Of a DNA stretch of 47,365 bases, positions 27,813 through 36,776 are shown piece by piece. The position numbers and the translations under genes are program-made. Under the pieces are notes generated by a model. The model was not told the DNA's origin, searched no databases, and worked only from the letters and a program-made list of their open reading frames with translations. Source of the DNA: Vulcanimicrobiales bacterium. Its GTDB lineage: Bacteria > Vulcanimicrobiota > Vulcanimicrobiia > Vulcanimicrobiales > Vulcanimicrobiaceae. Each line of letters starts with the position of its first letter. The first letter of the stretch is position 1. Location: the NCBI GenBank assembly GCA_038215615.1, contig JBBQQR010000015.1:1-47365 (forward strand), given 5' to 3'.

Positions 27813-28380
27813 TAGCGACGTTCAACAGCAAGCGATACAGCGTCAGATGAATTGTCGCGTCGAGTTCCGCGGCCCGTGCAGATGGGAGCGACGAAACCAC
27901 CAACTGCGCGCTTACCAATTCTGTCAGTGCGTTCTGACGCGTGGTCTCTTGAATGAAACGCACCATAGAACGAAATTTACCCCGAATGACGACGGTAACA
28001 GGTAATGGGACGAGCGCTCTATTCACGGTTTTCAAAGCCGGGATCTCCCCGGGTGTTACGGAAACGACCGACAATTGAAGCTGCGCGGCCGTGTATTCCA
28101 ACCGGCGCAAGAAATCGGCCGTCGAAACGGCCGGCTGCTGCCCGATGGATACCTGCATCAGATCTGCCCGAGCCAGTTGCTCGCTGCGGCGAAGAGTAGC
28201 GGCGTGCGCGATGACCTGGTCGTTTGTCTTAATCCTGCGCCCTAATTCCTCTGTCGCGGCAGACGTTTTGGCGATCGACGATTCGTACGACGCGAACGTG
28301 CGGCAACCAAACATGAACGCCAAGAGTGCCAACAGCCAAACTAAGCGGGATCGGTTTTCGGGTCGTATTCGTAAGGTCAT
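27796..28380 (-). CDS. pilO: PilO-like protein
   Basis: Transmembrane helix, coiled coil, LPVTVVIRGKFRSMVRFI. Confidence 0.7.
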   Translation of the reverse strand: MTLRIRPENRSRLVWLLALLAFMFGCRTFASYESSIAKTSAATEELGRRIKTNDQVIAHAATLRRSEQLARADLMQVSIGQQPAVSTADFLRRLEYTAAQLQLSVVSVTPGEIPALKTVNRALVPLPVTVVIRGKFRSMVRFIQETTRQNALTELVSAQLVVSSLPSARAAELDATIHLTLYRLLLNVANAQAN

Positions 28381-28943
28381 GGGACATTGGCCGCGACGTG
28401 GAGAGTAAATCTTAAGCCGAGCGGCGCCGTCGTGGTGCCCGCGATTTGCGCGCTCAGCAAAGACGGCTTGGCAAAAAGTGGATCGGCGTTCAGGCGAATG
28501 AGCGTGTCGCTTAACGCGTTTAGGTCGCGGCTCCGGCCGCCGAGCATTACTCCGTCACCATCGGGCGTTATGGCCGTGACCCAGACGTCCATCGGGAGGT
28601 CTGCAGATAGCGCCGCAAGGCGGCGTGCCGCCAGCGTCCCCGATTCTGCGATTGCCCGGACCCGCCGATCGAGATCCGCCAAGAGCAGCACCCGCCTTTC
28701 ATAAACCCGCTGCGAAGTCAGCACGCTTAATTGCCGCGCGTACCGGTCGGCGTTCAAGCGTTCAGACTGAACGGCTCGGTGCATTCGGGCGCCTTCGAAA
28801 ATCCAAGCAGACAGCGCAAAAAGGCACGAACAGCACAGCGCTCGACCCGCTGCGCGTAATGTTTTTGGGACGCGGTATGAGAACAGCGCTTCTTCCAGCG
28901 TCGGGACCGCGCGCAGATAATCGAATGACCACAGTGCGCTCAC
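28377..28943 (-). CDS. pilN: PilN-like protein
   Basis: Transmembrane helix, coiled coil, LPMDVWVTAI..VMLGG..L..DPLF. Confidence 0.75.
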   Translation of the reverse strand: MSALWSFDYLRAVPTLEEALFSYRVPKTLRAAGRALCCSCLFALSAWIFEGARMHRAVQSERLNADRYARQLSVLTSQRVYERRVLLLADLDRRVRAIAESGTLAARRLAALSADLPMDVWVTAITPDGDGVMLGGRSRDLNALSDTLIRLNADPLFAKPSLLSAQIAGTTTAPLGLRFTLHVAANVP

Positions 28944-29884
28944 CCGGCGAGCGCCGCCGCGAGTGTCCAGTCCGGAGCACCCGCGGACACGACGTCTTTG
29001 CTGTAATTCTCACCATCCAAGACATGACTGACGGCAAATTCGCATCTGGATCCGGTTGCCGCCATGAGGTCGTCAAGAAGTCCCGGCAAGCGCGCGCCAT
29101 TGCCGACCACGGCCACACACCGGCAGCCGGCGACCCGGGCCGCTTCTTCAAAAAGTGACGCGAGAGAAATAACCAGATCTGCCTTCGACCGCTCACCTGC
29201 GCCCGCGGTTCCGACAATGCGTTTTCGTTTTTCGGCCTGCGCCTGGTCCAAATCCAGATCCCGTTCGATCGCGAACGTGATCTCGGCACCACCAATTTTG
29301 ATCTGAAACGTTTCGAACGAATTGACGAGATATAGGGTCGAGCGATATTGGCCTATATCGAGTACCGCATCGTAATGCGCAAGGCTCCTGCGTAACGCGC
29401 AGCCCTCATCATTCATCCCTCGGACGCGCAAGCGGGCCTTGCGTATGCATGCCACGCGCGCCCGTAGCGTTTTTGCACGCACAATCCCAAGAGCCCACAG
29501 TTGCGAATCTTCACCCAGACGACGTATGCGCACGATAGCTTCGGCAATCGGGTAGTCGATGTAACGCGCCGCCTCAAACTGTGCCGTCCTCGCTCGCTCC
29601 AATGACGTCATGGCGGGAAGCGCAATGCTTGTCAGCTTTGCCGCCGGTAGACTGAGAGCTCCAACACAGCGGCGTTCAGTCGTTCTCAACTCGCCCACGG
29701 CATCTTCCAAAAGCGCCGCGACGTATTCAGGTTCGACGATATCATCTACCGTGACCGCACCAACAGCTACATCCCGAACTGCGACGGCCCGGATGCAGCG
29801 TCGCGTTCCACTTAAGACGGAATGCACAACTCGGATGCGTGCCGTTCCTAAGTCCACGCCCAGCGGCAGAGATTGAATTCTCAC
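28940..29884 (-). CDS. pilM: PilM-like actin-fold protein
   Basis: LGVDLG, EAARYIDYPI, VLDIG, IGGAEIT, AEKRK, GNGARLPGL. Confidence 0.8.
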   Translation of the reverse strand: MRIQSLPLGVDLGTARIRVVHSVLSGTRRCIRAVAVRDVAVGAVTVDDIVEPEYVAALLEDAVGELRTTERRCVGALSLPAAKLTSIALPAMTSLERARTAQFEAARYIDYPIAEAIVRIRRLGEDSQLWALGIVRAKTLRARVACIRKARLRVRGMNDEGCALRRSLAHYDAVLDIGQYRSTLYLVNSFETFQIKIGGAEITFAIERDLDLDQAQAEKRKRIVGTAGAGERSKADLVISLASLFEEAARVAGCRCVAVVGNGARLPGLLDDLMAATGSRCEFAVSHVLDGENYSKDVVSAGAPDWTLAAALAG

Positions 29885-30483
29885 GGCTGGCCCAGAGCCA
29901 GCACGGTTAACGTGCCGGCCGCAATGTATGGAGCAAAGGGAACCGTCATTTTACGCGACGCACGGCCGCTCATCATGAGGAACGCTGCCACGCAACCGCC
30001 GAAAACAAAAGAGACTCCGAGCGAAATTAACCCTGCTTGGGCGCCAAGCAGCGTTCCAGTCGCGGCCGCCAGCTTTATGTCGCCCAAGCCGAGCCCCTGC
30101 CGGCGAGTAATCGTATAGAGGAAGAACATTGCGCCAGAGGCGGCCAACGCCCCGATCAAACCCCGGGATCCCTCGGCGCTGGACGCCTCGGCGACGATCG
30201 CGAACGCACAGCTCGGAAGAGTCACGACGTCGAGAACATATCCAGCCGTCTGATCTGTTGCTGCACTGACCCCGATCGATCCCATGAGCACCAAATAGCC
30301 GAGCAGCGCAGACCCGTCCCGCGCTAACGCGACCTCCGCAAGGGTCCACATAAACAATCCGATCACCGGATACGCCGAACGTGGATTCGCCGCGATGCCG
30401 TGACGATGAAACTCCAATGAAGCGACTCGCAACAGCGCGGCATTTATCGCCAGTGCGAGCCCCAGCATTATCAGCCTCACCAT
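29881..30483 (-). CDS. Prepilin peptidase (A24), without N-terminal methylase domain
   Basis: Catalytic Asp residues in ATDQ and GLGLGDIKL; VPFAPYI; ATG overlaps the upstream TGA. Confidence 0.85.
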   Translation of the reverse strand: MVRLIMLGLALAINAALLRVASLEFHRHGIAANPRSAYPVIGLFMWTLAEVALARDGSALLGYLVLMGSIGVSAATDQTAGYVLDVVTLPSCAFAIVAEASSAEGSRGLIGALAASGAMFFLYTITRRQGLGLGDIKLAAATGTLLGAQAGLISLGVSFVFGGCVAAFLMMSGRASRKMTVPFAPYIAAGTLTVLALGQP

Positions 30484-31016
30484 CACTGTCTCAGTTCGGA
30501 CAGCGCCACTGCCGCCGGGCGATAACCGTGACGTATGCGCAATGCCTGCCGCCATGAAGTTATTGCTCGATCTAACCTGCCCGCTCGCCGTGCTGCCCAT
30601 CCCGCGAATGTATATTGTTGGGGATCTTGGGTAAGCTGCGCCGCACGCGAGAAATCCAAATACGCTGAACCGTAGTGCTTTTGCTTCAAATAGCAAAGAG
30701 CGCGATCAAACAGCACGGTTGGTTCTGTTGGATGTGCCCGTAGATATTCAGAAGCGCGAGCCGCCACTGAACGAAATGCTTCGGTGCTTTTTTGCTGCAG
30801 CGCTACAAAGGTTAACCGATCGATAGCCACGACGGATCCTGGATCGAGTCGCAAGGCGCGCGAGTATCGCACTGCGGCGCCGTCATATGAATTTTGGACG
30901 AGCAAATCGTCACCGCGGACGACCAACGCGTCTGCAACCTGAGTGTGAAAGAGCGGCAGGCCGATTGCTAAGCTCAGGAGGGCGAGAAAGATCCGGCCGG
31001 CGGTTGTGTTCAGCAT
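30483..31016 (-). CDS. Membrane-anchored TPR protein
   Basis: N-terminal hydrophobic segment; TPR-like units YSRALRLDP, LFDRALCY, WRQALRIRH. Confidence 0.75.
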   Translation of the reverse strand: MLNTTAGRIFLALLSLAIGLPLFHTQVADALVVRGDDLLVQNSYDGAAVRYSRALRLDPGSVVAIDRLTFVALQQKSTEAFRSVAARASEYLRAHPTEPTVLFDRALCYLKQKHYGSAYLDFSRAAQLTQDPQQYTFAGWAARRAGRLDRAITSWRQALRIRHGYRPAAVALSELRQ

Positions 31017-31019
31017 CTT

Positions 31020-31673
31020 CTAGGCGAGTACGAAATAAAACCCAGCCACAGCAAGCATGAGAGCGCCCGCGACAACCCGCGCCGCCGCCTGCACGCCGCT
31101 CTGAACGACCAACCCGATCGCCCTGGACCCCAGCGCGGCGAAAGTTAACGGCACCGTATGGCCCAAGGCGAAGCAGGCAGCCATGATCCACGCGAACAAA
31201 GGCCCGGTGCTGTGCGCGTACAGAGCCGCCGCTGCTACGACCGATAGGCAGCACGGAGAAAATGTCACGGCCGACGACGCGCCCAGCAAGAATACCGAGC
31301 TGAGCGATTCGTTGGAATGCAACGAGGGAGCTCGCTCACACTCTGAATGACGAGTCAATGCAAGGACGCCAGCCACGCCCGTGACCGCTGCGATTCCCAT
31401 GTAAAGGTAGCCTGAAAAGCTGACTACATGCCAGACCAGCGTGCCGCCAAGCGCTAGCATCGAATATGCGGCCACGACGCCGGCCGTAAAGATGCCCACA
31501 ACCCATAACGTACACGAAATCGTCTTATTCACTGTCAGCGCTGAAACAGCCAGCATTCTCGGTGCGACACACGGGCTCAGACTCGACGCAGCACCTGCCG
31601 CGAACGCTAACACCGGCGTCCAGCTGCTTTGCGTCGCGAGCGCCCGCAACGCTGCCGACGTAGGGTCCATCAC
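31020..31673 (-). CDS. CcdA/DsbD-type membrane thiol-disulfide transporter
   Basis: About six transmembrane helices; AGAASSLSPCVAP and FSPCC conserved Cys motifs; FALGH. Confidence 0.8.
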   Translation of the reverse strand: MMDPTSAALRALATQSSWTPVLAFAAGAASSLSPCVAPRMLAVSALTVNKTISCTLWVVGIFTAGVVAAYSMLALGGTLVWHVVSFSGYLYMGIAAVTGVAGVLALTRHSECERAPSLHSNESLSSVFLLGASSAVTFSPCCLSVVAAAALYAHSTGPLFAWIMAACFALGHTVPLTFAALGSRAIGLVVQSGVQAAARVVAGALMLAVAGFYFVLA

Positions 31674-32140
31674 GAACCCTGCGATGACGACGCTGCAAAC
31701 CCCGACTTATTGTCGTACCGGATGTGCGTGTCCGTAGTTCCTGGTGCAATATTTTGCAGGGTAGCCGGATCGTGCGATCCGGGACACCATATCGTATAGC
31801 CGGCAACGCCGCCATTTTCCGCCGCAGTTACGGTTGTCAGGAGGTAGTATTGGTTCGGCATAGCAGCCGGGTCGCGCGGAATGAAGCTCAAATAGCCGTT
31901 CAGATTATTTGTCATAAACGTGGACTCGATACTGGCTGTCGTGGCCGGAGGATAAGACTGTTTATCTGTATAGTAGAGCTCCAACGCTGTTGCGATCGTT
32001 TTCATATTTCCAATACATGCTGCAGTTTGCGCCTGCGCGCGAGCACGGGTGAAATTGGGGATGAGAATTCCGGCCAAAATCGCAATGATCGCCACAACGA
32101 CCATCATTTCGAGCAAGGTGAACCCACGCTGTCGTTCCAT
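31670..32140 (-). CDS. Type IV pilin (class III signal peptide)
   Basis: QRG|FTLLEMMVVVAIIAILAGILIPNF with E5 and P22; strong AGGAGG SD. Confidence 0.9.
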   Translation of the reverse strand: MERQRGFTLLEMMVVVAIIAILAGILIPNFTRARAQAQTAACIGNMKTIATALELYYTDKQSYPPATTASIESTFMTNNLNGYLSFIPRDPAAMPNQYYLLTTVTAAENGGVAGYTIWCPGSHDPATLQNIAPGTTDTHIRYDNKSGFAASSSQGS

Positions 32141-32188
32141 CACGCTCTCTCCTCCTGCGGACAAAAGAAGATGGTGCCCTAAGTGTTG

Positions 32189-32863
32189 CTAAACTGCGAC
32201 GGCCGTTCGCATCTTCTTGAGTGCGCGGCGATGAAGTCTCGATATGTGACGCCTTGAGTAACCCAGGCGATCAGCGAGCTCGAGCTGACTATAGCCGCCG
32301 GTATAAAGCGCGAGTACGATCGCCCGTTCAGTGCCGGTCAGCTGGGAGAGCGCTTCTTGTATAACCAGTGCATTTTCCGGCTCCTCCATCGTTCCGGCCT
32401 GGCACCTCAGCTCGTAGGGCGCCAGTGCGTCGAGCGATTCCGCGACGGCCCGGTCACGACACGCGCAGGCCTCCGCGACAAGTCGCGAACTTACGCCGAG
32501 GTGATTCGCCAGTTCCATTGTGGAAGGTTCGCGTTGGAACCGCGCGATGAGTACTTCTTGCGCCTGCTGCACGCGCTTTTCCATTTTTCGCACTTGCCGC
32601 GGAGCCCGCACCAATCTTTCGTGATCGCGAACAAAATGCATAAGTTCGCCGATGATAAACAGCCATGCAAAGGGCTCGAACGGTGTCGCGGCCGCTGGAT
32701 CGTACCGGTCGCACGCCTTGATAAGCCCGATTGCCGCAATTTGATAAAGATCGGCCTTATCAAGTCCGGGGCGCACGAACCGCTTGCACGCCCGTGTGCA
32801 GAGTGCGCCGAAATCATTGAACAAGGTCTCGCGCTTCGGGACCTGACCTGTGCACGACATCAT
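32189..32863 (-). CDS. SigB/SigF/SigG-family RNA polymerase sigma factor
   Basis: DLYQIAAIGLIKACDRYDP, IIGELMHFVRD, REPS..ELA, ESLD, SQLELADRLGYSRRHISRLHRRAL. Confidence 0.9.
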   Translation of the reverse strand: MMSCTGQVPKRETLFNDFGALCTRACKRFVRPGLDKADLYQIAAIGLIKACDRYDPAAATPFEPFAWLFIIGELMHFVRDHERLVRAPRQVRKMEKRVQQAQEVLIARFQREPSTMELANHLGVSSRLVAEACACRDRAVAESLDALAPYELRCQAGTMEEPENALVIQEALSQLTGTERAIVLALYTGGYSQLELADRLGYSRRHISRLHRRALKKMRTAVAV

Positions 32864-34074
32864 TTGATGCTCCCAATAAGCGAATAAAGGGGGATGAAAA
32901 TGGCGGCAGCGATCGTTCCGACAATGCTCCCAAGGACAATTATCAGAGCCGGCTCGAGCGCCGTTCCTAGTTGCTGCAGAGCCGCCTCCACGTCAAGTTC
33001 GTAGTACTCGGCGATCCGCAAAAGCATTTCGGCGACGGTACCGGTTTCTTCGCCGACCCGAACGAGTTGCACAAAAAACGAGTCGTACAACCCCGATTCC
33101 TCTAGCGCCGGCGAGATCGGCGAGCCTTCGAAAAGAGATCTGCCTAAGGCTTCAGCGCTCGTCCGAAACCGTGAGCTTTGAGTCGCTTGTGTAACGATGG
33201 GAACGGCCGAATGAAGACTGATCCCGCACTCAAGAAGCATGCCAAGGAGTCGCGCGAAGCGCGCCGCGCCTGCTTTTCTTGCGATCACACCGATAACCGG
33301 AAGTCCAAACTGAATACTCTCCAGCGCCCAAGCTATGCCCGAGCTCGCCCGCGAGCGCAGCGCTACGACCGCGAGGACTCCCGCCGCGCACGTGGCGGTC
33401 AGGATGAAGCTTCCCGACTTCAGCATTTCGCCCGCGGAAACGAGTATTCGCAAAATCGTCGGAACCTCTACCCTAAGCTGTTCATACATGGTTTGGAAAA
33501 CGGGGACCGTCGTCGTGAGCAACAGCGTCGTAACGCCTAGTGTGGCCGCGAGAACAACTGCCGGATACGTTAACGCCGCCGCAAGCTTCCGTCGCAACAT
33601 GTGGTCCCGTTCCAACCCGGCGGCAAGCCTAAGGAGAATCTCGTCTAATTTTCCGCTGTGTTCCCCCGCCTTGACGCTGGCCGCAGCGAGTTGCGAGAAT
33701 TCACCCGGCCGCATCAGTAGAGCCTCACTGAGGGCGCGGCCATTCCGCAACTCAGCCGCTATGCCATTAAGTGCTTCGCGCAGTCGAGAGTCGCCAGTTT
33801 GTTCCGCGCAAATCGCGAGTGAGCGCGGTAGGGAAACGCCCGCGTGCATGAGTGTCGCGAGAGAGCGAAAAAACGCAACGATCGCGTTTTGCGACGGCGG
33901 ACGCATCTGGAGTATGCTCGAGAGCGCCCCGCGAACTGAGCTTCCTTCGTCTATGAAACTTACGAACAGGCCCCTATTGCTCAGTAAAGCCAGTGCTTCG
34001 CGAGCTGTTGCAACCTGGAGGGATCCGCGAACGAAAATACCATCTTCACTGCGCGCGGAATAATAATAAAGCAT
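32860..34074 (-). CDS. pilC: Type IV pilus platform protein PilC/GspF
   Basis: FFRSLATLMHAGV, AGEHSGKL, ALTYP, VGEETG, LEPALI, IFIPLY. Confidence 0.92.
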   Translation of the reverse strand: MLYYYSARSEDGIFVRGSLQVATAREALALLSNRGLFVSFIDEGSSVRGALSSILQMRPPSQNAIVAFFRSLATLMHAGVSLPRSLAICAEQTGDSRLREALNGIAAELRNGRALSEALLMRPGEFSQLAAASVKAGEHSGKLDEILLRLAAGLERDHMLRRKLAAALTYPAVVLAATLGVTTLLLTTTVPVFQTMYEQLRVEVPTILRILVSAGEMLKSGSFILTATCAAGVLAVVALRSRASSGIAWALESIQFGLPVIGVIARKAGAARFARLLGMLLECGISLHSAVPIVTQATQSSRFRTSAEALGRSLFEGSPISPALEESGLYDSFFVQLVRVGEETGTVAEMLLRIAEYYELDVEAALQQLGTALEPALIIVLGSIVGTIAAAIFIPLYSLIGSIK

Positions 34075-35150
34075 TACGCGGCGGTCTCCGGAATCCGCAA
34101 TTCGTCAGGCCGGTCCGTTGCCAGGCACGCTGACGCGTAGGTCACATCGCCGCGCAGAAGCAGCTCACTGAGGTGTGCTTCCAGCGTCTGCATCCCGCCG
34201 CTTCTGCCGGTGGCGATGATGTTGCGCAGATGGTGAGTTTTAGCGTCCCGAATCGCGACGCGCACTGCGTCGTTGGCAACGAGGGTCTCGACTGCAGGCA
34301 GCCGCCCCGACCCTCGAGCGCGTGGCAGCAGCCGCAGGCTCACGACGCCGGCCAAACTTTCCGCTAACCGCGTCCTAACCTCGATTTGCGCGGCTCCCTC
34401 GAAGCTGCCAACGATCCGGTCGACGCTTTCTGCTGCACTTCCGGTATGCATCGTGCACAAAACCAAATGTCCGGTTTGCGCTGCAGTTAGAGCAGCATGC
34501 ATGGTCTCCCGATCTCGCATTTCGCCAACGAGAAGGACATCCGGATCGCTGCGCAACGCTCCGATCAGAGCAGCCATAAAACTGGGCGTGTCTCTCCCAA
34601 TCTCGCGTTGGGAGATTCGGCATTGAATGGACTCGTGGCTATATTCGATCGGATCTTCTATTGTAATAATATGTTTCGACAGCGTTCGGTTCAAGCGGTC
34701 GACCATGGCAGCAAGAACCGTTGACTTCCCGCTCCCCGTTGGTCCCGAGACAATTATCAGCCCGTGGTTACGCTGGATGAGTTGTGCGGCGCCAGTCGGC
34801 AAACGAAGGCTCTCTAGCGACGGAATCTCCGGAGCGAGTAGCCGACATGCAAGAGCGTAACTCCCTCCGACTCTGTACGCGTGTATCCGCGTGAAACGCA
34901 ACTTCTCATCCGAATGGGTTACAGTCGCGTCTCCGTCCGCTTCGAGGCGTCGCACGGCTGTTTCGGCGAAGCAGCGCGTGACGATGTCGGCGATTTCATG
35001 AGAGCTAACCGGCGGCCGGTTGACCTGCTCGAGATTTCCATCGATACGCAGAATGACTGGTTGCCCCGCCAATAGATGCACGTCGGATGCTCGTGCATCG
35101 CGCGCAATACGCAACGTCTCTTGCAACAGCAGTGGCGATAGATTTGTCAT
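34074..35150 (-). CDS. pilT: Pilus retraction ATPase PilT
   Basis: ASDVHL, GPTGSGKST, TIEDPIE, ALRSDPDVLLVGEMRD, TGHLVLCTMHT, GMQTL. Confidence 0.9.
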   Translation of the reverse strand: MTNLSPLLLQETLRIARDARASDVHLLAGQPVILRIDGNLEQVNRPPVSSHEIADIVTRCFAETAVRRLEADGDATVTHSDEKLRFTRIHAYRVGGSYALACRLLAPEIPSLESLRLPTGAAQLIQRNHGLIIVSGPTGSGKSTVLAAMVDRLNRTLSKHIITIEDPIEYSHESIQCRISQREIGRDTPSFMAALIGALRSDPDVLLVGEMRDRETMHAALTAAQTGHLVLCTMHTGSAAESVDRIVGSFEGAAQIEVRTRLAESLAGVVSLRLLPRARGSGRLPAVETLVANDAVRVAIRDAKTHHLRNIIATGRSGGMQTLEAHLSELLLRGDVTYASACLATDRPDELRIPETAA

Positions 35151-36601
35151 TCGGCCGTGAGGACGCGCCGCAACTCCTCCAGGGTCGTCTCTCCCGCCAG
35201 AGCTCGACGCAACCCGTGTTCAAACATCGGACGAAAACCTCGCTGCCGGGCAAGAGTGCGGAGTGCCACGGCCGTGGCCTCGTTCGAAATTGCTTCTCTT
35301 ATAACGTCATCGATAAACAGCATCTCAAAAAGCGCTACCCTTCCGCGATAACCGGTCTGGCCGCATTCGGCGCAACCGACGGGTTTGAAAATTGGGCTCC
35401 CCTCGGGAATCTTGAACTCACTTGCTCCGTGGCCGTCCAGCGTCGCCTCGGCGCGGCAAACGATGCAAAGCGAGCGTACCAAGCGTTGGGCGATGACCGC
35501 AGACAGGCCGGCCGATATCGTTCTTCGCGCAACACCGAGCTCCAGGAGTCGCTCGATCGCACTCGGTGCGTCATTGCTATGAAGAGTTGTCAAAACGAGC
35601 TGCCCGCTCAATGATGCCGATGCGGCTACTGCCGCGGTTTCGTGGTCCCGCATTTCGCCGACCATTATGACGTTAGGATCTTGCCTCAAGAACGCGCGGA
35701 GAGCTGAAGCAAATGTGACGCCCGCTCGCGGGTTCACTTGGACCTGCGACGTGCCGGGCATCCGCACTTCGATCGGGTCTTCGACACTGCAGACATTTTC
35801 GGAAAGCGCATCGCGTTCGCTGAGGGCCGCGTACAGTGTTGTCGTCTTGCCGCTTCCCGTGGGACCTGCCGCAACGATGAACCCGTACGGCGCCTTGCAC
35901 ACCTTCTTGAAAGCATCGTAATACTCGGAAGGAATGTTCAGCTGGTGAAGACGTGGGGTTTGAACATGATCAGCAAGCAGCCGTATCGCGAGCTTTTCGC
36001 CGGCTATCGTCGGAACCGAACTGACGCGGGCCTCGAAACAGCTGCCGTTTAATTCGAGATTGTAGCGACCATCTTGCGGCTGCCGTTTATCGGCGATGTC
36101 CATTCCGGCGAGCAATTTGACCCGTGAGACGACCTGCGCAAAAAGCTCCGGTGTGATTACCCGGGAAAAATGCAGGATGCCGTCGACGCGCTGTCTGACG
36201 CGACCGCCGTTTTCGAATGGCTCTATGTGCACGTCCGATGCGTTCGAAGTCGCGGCAGCGCGCAGGATGTCGTTTGCGACCGCGACCGCCGGCGGTTCGA
36301 TCATACCGCGATCCGGCAGGGGAGCAGGGTCAAGATAAATGCGCTTGAGCCGCTGCCGGATCGCATCACGCGGCGCCTCCAGCGCGCGTACCTGCATTCC
36401 CGTAACGAAGCGTATTTTTTCTACGGTCTCAAGCGCGCCCGCATCGGGCACAGCGACGGTCAGTTCGTTCCCGACGCTTGAAAGCGACAGGACGTCATGC
36501 CCGAAAGCGAGAGCCCGGGGAATTTTCCGGAGCGCGTTCGTTTCAACCGGAACGGACGCTACATCGATAGCGAAATTGCTATCAAAGTCTTTAAGAGCCA
36601 C
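35147..36601 (-). CDS. pilB: Pilus assembly ATPase PilB/GspE (start approximate)
   Basis: ASDVHIEP, RQPQDG, GPTGSGKTTT, LRQDPNVIMVGEMRD, Zn motif CxxC..CxxC, GYRGR. Confidence 0.92.
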   Translation of the reverse strand: MALKDFDSNFAIDVASVPVETNALRKIPRALAFGHDVLSLSSVGNELTVAVPDAGALETVEKIRFVTGMQVRALEAPRDAIRQRLKRIYLDPAPLPDRGMIEPPAVAVANDILRAAATSNASDVHIEPFENGGRVRQRVDGILHFSRVITPELFAQVVSRVKLLAGMDIADKRQPQDGRYNLELNGSCFEARVSSVPTIAGEKLAIRLLADHVQTPRLHQLNIPSEYYDAFKKVCKAPYGFIVAAGPTGSGKTTTLYAALSERDALSENVCSVEDPIEVRMPGTSQVQVNPRAGVTFASALRAFLRQDPNVIMVGEMRDHETAAVAASASLSGQLVLTTLHSNDAPSAIERLLELGVARRTISAGLSAVIAQRLVRSLCIVCRAEATLDGHGASEFKIPEGSPIFKPVGCAECGQTGYRGRVALFEMLFIDDVIREAISNEATAVALRTLARQRGFRPMFEHGLRRALAGETTLEELRRVLTAE

Positions 36602-36776
36602 ACCACGACCCCTTCGAAAGACTGTGAGCCTGCGTTCGCTAACGCCAACGCATGACAAAGATGTATCACATGTCGACTCGCCGAGCAATCTCCCGGCAAC
36701 AAAAACGTATGGTCTTTTTTTCCCTGGCCATCCTGACGGATTCTGGGCATGCCTTTTGTGGTATGTAGTATCCACA

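Noticed and set aside
30484..30696. Longer start for the prepilin peptidase
   Set aside because: It overlaps the TPR gene; the TGATG coupling at 30483 is the better start.
32165..32195. SigB-type promoter GTTT..GGGCA before the pilin
   Set aside because: The 11-nt spacer is shorter than known SigB/SigF promoters; not supportable.
36650..36675. CRP-like site upstream of pilB
   Set aside because: Only one half-site (TCACA) matches.
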